Assembly: GCA_963796965.1 (NCBI GenBank)
Contig: CAWCNS010000004.1
Coordinates: 416,001-480,000, forward strand
DNA length: 64,000 bases
Direction: 5' to 3'
From: Calditrichia bacterium
GTDB taxonomy: Bacteria; Calditrichota; Calditrichia; JAJRVZ01
The translations under genes and the position numbers were made by a program. The notes below the pieces were generated by a model. It ran no database searches and was not told the origin of the DNA. It saw only the letters and a list, made by a program, of their open reading frames with translations. This document shows, piece by piece, positions 55,269-64,000 of this stretch (the stretch's first letter is position 1; each line of letters starts with the position of its first letter).

Positions 55269-57104
55269 GTGAATAAGATATTTAAAATAGAATATTTCAT
55301 CTCTTTTATAATACTATTTTCAGGGAACGTTTTTGCTCAATCGGGCTCTAAACTTGAAGGTGAATTCAAATTAGGTCCTGCTATAATTTTAATATTGCTG
55401 CTTTTGGTATTTATATTAGTTGGTATTTTTAACCGTGCAAAAGATACAAAAACATACTGGGCGGCAGGTAGAAAGATATCTCCGGTTGGGGCTGGAATGG
55501 CAATTGCATCTAACTGGATGAGCGCTGCTTCCTTTTTAGGAATGGCAGCGATCATGTATGGGGTTGGTTATCATGGTCTGTCCTATGTTGTTGGATGGAC
55601 AGGTGGGTATGTACTTCTTTTAATTTTAATGGCCGGTCAGATAAGACGCTATGGCAAATATACGGCAGCAGATTTTATTGGAGACAGGTATTATTCCCAG
55701 GGCTTACGAGGTGTTGGTGCCGGTTTAGCCATCTTTATTTCGTTTTCATACTGTGTCGGACAGTTCGCCGGCATCGGACTTATGTTTAAATGGATTTTAG
55801 GAATTGATTATACCACGGCAGTCATTATTGGTGCGTCTGTTGTCTTGACCTATACACTTATTTCCGGAATGCTGGGTGTTACAAAAAATATGCAAATTCA
55901 ATATGTTATAATTATAATATCCTTTGTAATCCCCCTCTTCATTTTATCTTATAAGTTTGGATACTTTTACTGGTTCCCTCAGATAGGTTACGGCGCAGTA
56001 ATTAGCGATATTGTTAATGGTATTGCTCCGGGAGCAGGTTTAACGGCGATGGGACATGATTTTGCCATTCTGCCATCGCCTGAATTTGCCATGCCATGGG
56101 ATCCGGCGACGGGCCAAACCGCCTTCCAGTGGCTGGCAATATGTTTTTCCTTAATGATTGGTACTGCCGGGTTGCCACATGTTATTCAGAGATTTTATGT
56201 GGTGCCTCGAGCGAAGGACGCCAGATGGTCGGTGGTCTGGGGGTTGTTTTTTATCTGTATCCTCTATTGGAGTGCCCCGGTATATTCCGCATTTGGGAAA
56301 GTTTTATCCTCAAACCCTGAAGTGGGAAAATTAGCCAAAGATGCCATAGTTGTCTATACAACACAATTGGGCGATCTTTATCCTCTGATCGTCGGTTTCC
56401 TGGCTGCCGGTGCAATATCAGCCGCTTTCTCAACCGTGTCCGGGTTATTAGTGGCAGGGGCTTCAGCCTTCTCTCATGATCTTTATTACAATGTGATAAA
56501 TCCTGACGCTTCTGAGAAAACGCAAATGATGATGGCAAGAGTGGGAACTATTTTAATGGCAGCTGGTGTCTCCATTATTGCTCTCATGAATTTAGGTTTG
56601 ATTGCGCAGTTAGTTGCCGTTGCTTTTTCCCTGGCTGGCTGCACAATATTCCCCCTCTTTTTATTGGGTGTCTGGTGGAGCGGGTCAAACAGAACGGGAG
56701 CATGGGCAGGACTCATAGCCGGTTCTTCCATAGCTCTTATTGCCTTAGTTTACTTTATTGCAGGTAAATTTGGCGCTTCCCTCCCTCTTCAGCAAGATAT
56801 TAACTACTATTTAAATGCCTGGTATTTTGCATGGTTAGGTGCACCACTGGCAATAATCTTTAATATTATTGGTTCCAAACTTTCGAAGAACAAAACACCT
56901 CTTGAGATCAAAAAATTCTTGGCGGAAAAAGTTCATAACTATAAAGTTAGTGAAACTAAAGAAGACCTTTTTATCAGTAAGTCTTATCAGTTTTTTCCTA
57001 TAGGAGGTGGTATATTGGACTACCATCTCCTATATTATAGTTATTTGCGTAAAAATATAAATAATTCGATTTACATTATTTCTCAAATCCCCCATGAAAA
57101 ATAA
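55269..57104 (+). CDS. actP: ActP-like sodium:solute symporter (cation/acetate permease subfamily); true end probably near 56940
   Basis: GMAIASNWMSAASFLG, GWTGGY, DFIGDRY, GTAGLPHVIQRFY, AAFSTVSGLL and SHDLY motifs. Confidence 0.85.
   Translation: MNKIFKIEYFISFIILFSGNVFAQSGSKLEGEFKLGPAIILILLLLVFILVGIFNRAKDTKTYWAAGRKISPVGAGMAIASNWMSAASFLGMAAIMYGVGYHGLSYVVGWTGGYVLLLILMAGQIRRYGKYTAADFIGDRYYSQGLRGVGAGLAIFISFSYCVGQFAGIGLMFKWILGIDYTTAVIIGASVVLTYTLISGMLGVTKNMQIQYVIIIISFVIPLFILSYKFGYFYWFPQIGYGAVISDIVNGIAPGAGLTAMGHDFAILPSPEFAMPWDPATGQTAFQWLAICFSLMIGTAGLPHVIQRFYVVPRAKDARWSVVWGLFFICILYWSAPVYSAFGKVLSSNPEVGKLAKDAIVVYTTQLGDLYPLIVGFLAAGAISAAFSTVSGLLVAGASAFSHDLYYNVINPDASEKTQMMMARVGTILMAAGVSIIALMNLGLIAQLVAVAFSLAGCTIFPLFLLGVWWSGSNRTGAWAGLIAGSSIALIALVYFIAGKFGASLPLQQDINYYLNAWYFAWLGAPLAIIFNIIGSKLSKNKTPLEIKKFLAEKVHNYKVSETKEDLFISKSYQFFPIGGGILDYHLLYYSYLRKNINNSIYIISQIPHEK
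56999..57034. terminator. Hairpin, probable terminator after actP-like gene
   Basis: tataggaggtggta-tattggac-taccatctcctata: 14-bp stem with one G-U pair and AT-rich flanks. Confidence 0.55.
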
Positions 57105-60013
57105 AATTATAAATCGCGATTTTCTTTTAAAAATTATTCTCCCCACATTATTAGTTTTTTCCATATTTACTGTTTTAATATTCGCCGTTATTATACCATC
57201 AATTAAAAGTTACATGCTTGATGGAAAACGGGAAATGATCAGGGAATTAACATATTCAGCCTGGAGCGTACTCGACAAATTTGAAAAGGAAGTTTCAGAC
57301 AGTACCCTTTCGCTGGTGGAGGCACAAAAAGAAGCCATTACTAGTATCGAAAATATGCGCTATGGTCAGGAGAGAAAAGATTATTTTTGGATTACCGATA
57401 TGCACCCCAATATGATAGTCCATCCTTATCGAAAGGATTTGAATAATGTAGATCTTTCAAACTATAAGGATCCGACGGGAAAAAAATTATTTGTAGAATT
57501 TGTTAGAGTTGTTGAATCAAATGAAGAAGACTATGTTGACTACATGTGGCAATGGAAAGATGATTCATCTAAAATTGTTCCTAAATTATCTTTTGTGAAA
57601 GGTTTTAAAAAATGGGGTTGGGTTGTCGGCACAGGTATCTACATTGAAGATGTTAATGAAGAAATATCCTCACTTACCAACCATTTGTTCTATATTTCGC
57701 TGGGGATTTTATTAATTCTGGGATTTAATCTCTTCCTTATCAGCAGGCAAAGTCTGTTAATTGAGGGAAAACGCCATGCGGCAGAAATGGGCTTAAGAGA
57801 ATCGAGAACCAAGTATAAAGCGCTTGTTGAAGCTTCTACAGATGGATTGGTAATGCTGCTTGATGGTTATTATATCTATTCTAATCAAGCGTTGATGAAC
57901 ATGCTGGGTTATTCTGACGAGAATAATTTCCACCTGGAATTAAACACTATCCTCTGTAATTCTGATGAGGACCAAGTATCAGGCGCAGAATATTTCAAAA
58001 GCTTAGCATCGAAATCCAATCCAAAAGATCAATTTTCTGCACAGCTGAAAAAGAAAAGACGGTAGTATCATCGATGTAATCCTCTATACCTCGAAAATAT
58101 CGTTAGGACAAAAATTCGGTTATACTATTCTTGTTAAAGATATTAGTACGCATAAAAAGATTGAAGAGGAGTTAGATTTAAATAAAGAAAAATACTTAAC
58201 CCTTGCAAATAGTATCAAGATAGGAGTGTTTAGATCCATGTTCGATACTCATGGAAAAATAATTGAAGCAAACATTTCAGCAGCGCATATCCTTGGATAT
58301 ACTATGCAAGAGGAACTCCATTCTTTAAATTTATTAGATCTTTTTCATAACCGGTCAGATATAAAAAGCTTTACAAAAAAACTTATTGATGAGGGTTCTG
58401 TAAAAAACTCCATCATTCAGATAAAAATTAAAGATGGATCAACATCAATTGTATCAATTTCGGCTGTGCTGGTCAGGGGTATAAAGGATGAGCCAAAATA
58501 TTTTGATGGTACAATCGAGGACATTACAGATAAGATTAAACTTGAAGAAAAACGGGAAAATTTAATTATTGAACTTCAAACATCACTTCGTTTTTTAAAT
58601 CAACCGATTAGTCATTTCCTGTACCATCTCGTTTCATGTAATATGAACATGCCAATCCATAAGGTGGCAAAGATTATGACAAAGGAAAAGTTCAGTGCTG
58701 CATTGATAAAAACCGATGCAGATGAATTTGTTGGTATTATTACCGATCATGATCTGCGAAGAAGAGTCGTATCAGAAAACTATAATGTGGAAAGACCGAT
58801 ATTTGAAGTAATGAGCTCACCATTGATAACAATACCTTCCACATCCCTGGTATTTGAGGCTTTTTTGATGATGAATGAAACGGCGACACGTCATTTGGCT
58901 GTTAATAATCAGGAAAATAAAATTATTGGCATTATAAGCAGCGAGGAGCTTATAGCAGTACAAAAAAATTCAACAATCTATTTGCTTCGAGAGATTGAAA
59001 ACGCTGCAACAGTTGAGAATCTTATTGCTGCTCATGATAAGGTGCCAATGCTGGTTAAGGTGTTCATTGATAGTGGAGAGAAAAGCAAACTCATTTCACA
59101 TCTAATCATTTCAATCTTTGAAGCCATTACAAATAAATTAATTTCATTTGCTATCGATGATCTTGGTGAACCTCCGGTTGACTTTGCTTTTATAGCTCTT
59201 GGTAGTGTTGGTCGGCAAGAGCAAACATTAACATCAGATCAGGATAATGCGATCATCTATAAAGATGTACCTATTGAATTGGAGGAAAACACCCATGCTT
59301 ATTTTCATAAGTTAGGAATTAAAGTATGTGACTGGCTAAATGAGTGTGGGTATGCTTATTGTACGGGTGAGGCTATGGCAAAAAACCCAAAATGGTGCCA
59401 ATCAATTTCAAAATGGAAAGAGTATTTTCATACCTGGATCACGAATTCAGACCAACAGGATTTAATTGATCTGAGTATATTTTTTGATTTCAGATGTATT
59501 TATGGGAATAGTAATTTAACGGATCAACTACAAAAGAACTTATTTAAGACAGCTGAAGGACAAGCAGGATTTTTTCAACATCTTACTAAGAATAGTTTGC
59601 TTCATAAATCTCCTCTTGGATTGTTGGGGAAAATTGTTGTTGAATCCAAGGGAAAACATCAGGAGACCTTTGACATAAAATCAGCCATCATGCCAATTAG
59701 TGATTTTTGCAGAATATATTCTCTAAAGAATAAAATAAGCAGTTCTAATAGTCTGGAAAGACTTGATGGCTTGTTAGAGAAAGGAATAATTAATAAAAAG
59801 ACCTATGAAGAATTAAAACAGGCCTATAGTTATCTCATGCAGTTAAGGTTCAGACACCAATCAGGACAAATAACGGAAAATCTGACGGTTGATAATTACA
59901 TAAATCCAAATATGTTAACACAAATCGAACAGAAAACACTAAAGAATATTTTTACTCAAATTTTAAGTGTTCAAAAGAAACTAAGTTATGACTTCAGTGG
60001 GGAGGCAATTTAA
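57094..60013 (+). CDS. Membrane sensor: TM-sCache_2-TM-PAS-PAS-CBS pair-DUF294/DUF294_C nucleotidyltransferase (~972 aa once the +1 frameshift at ~58050 is corrected)
   Basis: MRYG..DYFWI..MIVHP..KDPTGK..YMW..PKLSFV..WGWVVGTGIY (sCache_2). Removing one A in aagaaaagac gives KKKDGSIIDV..VKDIS, open into ORF 58226. GIITDHDLRRRVV (CBS), LGSVGRQEQTLTSDQDNAI, C..EAMAKNPKW, IFFDFR and FDIK follow. Confidence 0.88.
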
Positions 60014-60077
60014 TACGCTTTTGTCACCTGTTTTATGCAATCGCTCTAACCTGCTTAATCAGGCTGGGGCTTGAGTC

Positions 60078-60938
60078 TCATTTAATCTCTTCACCATTAA
60101 AATAAAAGTCGAATAAAAGTGCTGACTCATGTGCTTTTATCTCACGACATTCGCTGATAACCGGCCCCTGGTAGTGAATATGTTTCAATTTTTTTGCTAA
60201 TTTTTCCCACGGTACTTCTCCCTTTCCCACAGGCAAATGCTCATCATTGGATCCATTATTATCATGATAATGGATACAACACAATTTATCGGCAAAATTA
60301 TTTGTGTATTCAAGTACGCCCTCTCCCATATTAGCATGGCCTGTATCTAAACAAAATTTTAAATGATTAGAACTTACCCTGGAAAAAATATATTTAAAAT
60401 CTTCTATATTGTCACCTAAAAGATAATATTCTGATCCTCTGGGAATGGGTGTTAAATTTTCCAGAGCAATTATCACATTTTTATCATCACAAATGTTTAA
60501 AACTTTTTCAAGGCTGTTAATAAATCGATTCAAAGCCTTTTTTCTTTCCCATTGTTCAACTGGAAACCAGTAAAAACTTCCTACGTGTAGCGTCAGGTGT
60601 GTTGCTTTTATGATATTAGCAACTTCAATACATTTAAGTAAATAATTAATATTGGATTTTCTCAAAGGGGCTAGTATCTCAGATATATTAATATAATAGG
60701 GGATATGAAAACTAAGTTGAATATTATGTGACTTTGATAGATGACATAGGTTGTCGATTCTCTCAGTTGTAAAAGAATCCACAGATAATTTTTCCCGAGA
60801 TAAATTTATTTCTATATGATGTAAACCGCACGAGAAGGCATATTCAAACAGATCTTCCGGTTGCCGGTCATATACGTTTAGACCATATTTTTGTTTAAAA
60901 TTATATTTCACAAAACCAACATTTTTTTTGAATGTCAA
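60078..60938 (-). CDS. Sugar-phosphate isomerase/epimerase (AP endonuclease 2 TIM barrel)
   Basis: SFHIPY, TLHVG, ALEN, CLDTGH, IHYHDN..DEHLPVGKG and ISE motifs. Start position uncertain. Confidence 0.88.
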   Translation of the reverse strand: MTFKKNVGFVKYNFKQKYGLNVYDRQPEDLFEYAFSCGLHHIEINLSREKLSVDSFTTERIDNLCHLSKSHNIQLSFHIPYYINISEILAPLRKSNINYLLKCIEVANIIKATHLTLHVGSFYWFPVEQWERKKALNRFINSLEKVLNICDDKNVIIALENLTPIPRGSEYYLLGDNIEDFKYIFSRVSSNHLKFCLDTGHANMGEGVLEYTNNFADKLCCIHYHDNNGSNDEHLPVGKGEVPWEKLAKKLKHIHYQGPVISECREIKAHESALLFDFYFNGEEIK

Positions 60939-61531
60939 ACTCTGTATGCATTTATCTGAATACTATCAAAATATTGCTCTAAACATTAATAAAACAGGGG
61001 GTTACAAAACCATATCATATAATACGATAATTTTTGATCAAATGATATATTTTATTTAGTAACCTGACAATATTTATATAGTTTTTATCAACAAGATGCT
61101 GAATTAGATTTTTTGTGGTGAACAATTTTATATTTCTCTGAGAATTCTAACACACGCATCTATTATATACGTGTGCGGGCATTGCTATGCATTTTTAGAT
61201 ATATCGAAACTACTATCATAAATTGACAAATATCGGTTTGTTCAATTTAAATAGTTTTACTAATTTAGAGATAACCATTTTAGTGTTGGTGTAAATTTGT
61301 AACTCGCATAAAATATAATAATTTTTATTTATTTAGATTGAGAAAGACAGAGTTCTTTGCTGGATATACTCGCTCTTTAGATATATCTGAAATCAGTTCA
61401 AAGAGTAGGAAGAAGTAAATCCCCGCTTATTTACTTTCCCCAATTTATCAAAGAGTTCATGATTTTTTTATTCCGGTAGTAATGATCACAAAGAAAAAAT
61501 AATTATATCATTTAATATTGGAGAATAAAAG

Positions 61532-63024
61532 ATGCAGAAAAAAATCTTCTACGCTACTCCTATAATTATCATAATATTTTTAGCATCCTGCTTCACCTTA
61601 CTTTTTACTGACAATGTCTATGGTCAAAAAGGTAAATCGGAACCAGGAGATCTAAAAATTACAGAAGAGGAGCTTGCCAAATTACCTGCCAAAGGTCCCT
61701 ATTTTTTTATCGATGAAAGGATTATTGAGGATCGCTGGAAAGTCGAACGATTTGTTGTACCTCTGAAAAGGTATACGGACAATCCAATTATGGTCAAGAA
61801 TTCACCTTTGGAGGGGACCGGGCCTATGGCCGGGGGTACTGTACTCTTTGATCCTGATGATAAGCTTTTAAGATGTGGTACGGCCTTTTTGATTTGAATG
61901 CGTATCAAAACGGATTACCCTATTCTTACAATATTGGCTATGCGGAATCAATGGATGGTATTTCCTGGAAAAGACCCGTATTAGGGTTATTTAATAACAG
62001 AGGAAAAACAGATTTTAACAATAACATCATTTCTCTTGGACGTCAAAAAACAGGCAGTATTGATGTGGAGTTTAATCCGGATCAGTCAGAATCAGCAAAA
62101 AAATTTGTTGCCATTCACAATGATAGTGGTGGTGTTTTTGTTTCTTATTCAGCAGATGGTAAAAAATTCGATTGTTCCTTTGATAAACCAGCGGTTTGGT
62201 ATCACAGCGATACCCATAATAATTTTATTTACGATGAAGTACGTGATCGCTGGCTGATGTATGTACGTCCACGTGCTTATGCTGGAAATGGCCTGAAACA
62301 TGTGGGACGGAGAAGAATTGCGGTAAAGCAAAGTACAGATCTGATAAACTGGACGCATGAGAAAACGGTTCTTGTGCCGGATGAAGGTGATCCTGATTAT
62401 TTCTATGGTTTACGTGTTTTCCGCCGGGGGGACTTGTTTTTTGGACAGCTCTTATTATATGAAACCATTCATCATCATCTATATCAGGAATTGGTTTGGT
62501 CTGGAGATGGAATCTCCTGGCAACGTCTACCAACAACTGCCCGAAAACTATCTCTGGATGTGGGAAAGGAAGACAGCTGGGATGCCGGGATGGTCATATT
62601 ATTTGAGAGACCTGTGCTCGTTGGAAATGAAATGCGCTTTTATTACGGTGGTCACAAGCTTCCCCATAATGCATTTGGGCCACGTGCGGTCGGATTGGCC
62701 ACAACACAACGTGATCGTCTGATTGGGGTTTCATCATTATCGGATACCTCTGGTCGTATCTTAACTCGTCCAATAAGGATAAACGGTGATTTATTTATTA
62801 ATGCAGATGCAGAAGGAGAAATTCGGGTTGAAGTTCGCTCTGCACTCCGTGATGAAACCTTGCCGGGTTGGGGCGCTGAAGAATGTACACCGTTTAAAGG
62901 TGATGATTTGGCAAAACCGGTTCAGTGGGGAAACAAAAAACTAAGCGATTTGAATGGCGAAATTGTACGTCTGAGATTTCAAATGGAAGACGCAACGCTT
63001 TATGCGTTTGATATAAGAGAGTGA
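61532..63024 (+). CDS. Secreted five-bladed-propeller glycosidase-like protein (frameshift ~61865)
   Basis: NPIM..GTVLFD joins KMWY..YAESMDGISW. Also SDTHN, STDLINW, WDAGMV and RFYYGG, with C-terminal VRLRF..LYAF. Confidence 0.7.
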
Positions 63025-63099
63025 GTGTTTTAGTTACCAGAACCTATTCCTACTCTTAGTCAGGGCTGTAATAAGATTTGAATTTTACATTAGTGCTAC

Positions 63100-63211
63100 T
63101 TAACCGCAAAGACGCAATGGATACGCAAAGCACACAAGGTTTTATTAATTCTTTTTAAAAATTTTGTTTAGTCTTTGCGATCCTTGCGTCTTCTTGGCGT
63201 CTTTGCGTTAA
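63100..63211. repeat. Family-B inverted pair
   Basis: ttaaccgcaaagacgcaatggatacgcaaagcacacaag pairs with ctttgcgatccttgcgtcttcttggcgtctttgcgttaa. Confidence 0.85.
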
Positions 63212-63265
63212 GAAATTATTGAACACTTTATTCAGATTTATAATTTTAGCGGGAGGTAAATAGTA

Positions 63266-64000
63266 ATGCAAAATTATAACCGTCGGGATTTTATCAAAAC
63301 AATCGGGGCAGCATCATTAGCTGGTACAATACCGGGGATTGCCATATCAAATCCGGGTAAAAAGTATATCTGGGGGAATCTGCTACACCTCAGTTTTAAC
63401 ATGTGGGAAGATTGGGATGCACCGGGAAAAGAGATGCGCAGTTATCGTCCCTATCTTCGTTTTGATGAAAAACTATGGAACGATCTGCTGAATAGAATGG
63501 TAGCAAACAAATTAAACATGGTTGTAATTGATTTAGGTGATGGAGTGAAATATAAAAGCCATCCGGAGATAGCTGTCGAGAATGCCTGGTCGATAAAAAA
63601 ACTCCAGGACGAATTAAAAAAGATTCGTGATTTAGGAATGGAACCCATTCCCAAACTTAACTTTGCCTCCTCACATGATGCCTGGATGGGTGAATATTCC
63701 AAATGCCTTTCAACAGAAACATATTATACCGTTTGTGCAGATTTAATCGAAGAGGTTATAGATATATTTGGTAATCCCCGTTTCTTTCATCTTGGAATGG
63801 ATGAGGAAGATACCAAGAATCAAAAATATTATAAGTATATGGTTGTTCGTCAATATGACCTCTGGTGGCATGACTTTTTATTTTTATGTAAGGAAGTTCA
63901 AAAAAAGGGTGTGCGTCCATGGATTTGGTCAGACTATTTCTGGCATTTTCCGGATCGATTTATGGAAAAAATGCCAAAAGAGGTTATGCAAAGCAATTGG
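63266..64000 (+). CDS. Tat-exported GH20-like hexosaminidase (runs off window; absent from ORF track)
   Basis: My translation reads MQNYNRRDFIK..YKSHPE..PIPKLNF..H..FFHLGMDEE..WIWSD, open to the window end. RBS ggagg is present. Confidence 0.8.
   Translation, partial: MQNYNRRDFIKTIGAASLAGTIPGIAISNPGKKYIWGNLLHLSFNMWEDWDAPGKEMRSYRPYLRFDEKLWNDLLNRMVANKLNMVVIDLGDGVKYKSHPEIAVENAWSIKKLQDELKKIRDLGMEPIPKLNFASSHDAWMGEYSKCLSTETYYTVCADLIEEVIDIFGNPRFFHLGMDEEDTKNQKYYKYMVVRQYDLWWHDFLFLCKEVQKKGVRPWIWSDYFWHFPDRFMEKMPKEVMQSNW

Noticed and set aside
58040..58065. Programmed ribosomal frameshift in the sensor gene
   Set aside because: The site is A-rich, but the required shift is +1 like most other breaks in the window, so sequencing error is simpler. 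It cannot be fully excluded without reads.
60939..61531. ncRNA or small gene in the divergent gap
   Set aside because: AT-rich with no convincing stem or ORF, consistent with an ordinary divergent promoter region.
1006..63702. Numerous short overlapping or antisense ORFs in the track
   Set aside because: They are shadows of well-supported + strand genes. Only those continuing a frameshifted gene were used.
1..64000. tRNA, rRNA, prophage, defence or transposase genes
   Set aside because: None recognised on either strand.

Overview
Low-GC bacterial DNA, roughly 40% by eye. It is most consistent with an FCB-group organism such as Calditrichota/KSB1; this is an inference from a NYPNPFNP C-terminal sorting domain and the absence of susC/susD. 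Bases ~1-52.8 kb and ~61.5-64 kb form a co-directional (+ strand) run of mostly exported carbohydrate-active or accessory enzymes. These include GH3 x2, GH16, GH28 x2, GH29 x3, GH109, GH32-like, GH9, GH33, GH123/DUF4091-like x2, GH20-like, a YdjC deacetylase, esterases and several large unclassified proteins. No transporter or regulator lies among them. Most of their spacers contain several families of short palindromic elements, often nested. At 53.1-60.0 kb there is a distinct module: a DcaP-like porin, a DUF4212 subunit with a ~140-aa insertion, an ActP-like Na+/solute symporter, and a membrane protein with the architecture sCache_2-PAS-PAS-CBS-DUF294 nucleotidyltransferase. This looks like a carboxylate-sensing receptor nucleotidyltransferase and is the best candidate for an undescribed system. 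At least 12 genes are split by frameshifts, mostly +1, which most likely reflects long-read assembly error. No rRNA, tRNA, CRISPR array or intact transposase was seen. All family calls come from motif recognition by eye; no searches were run.
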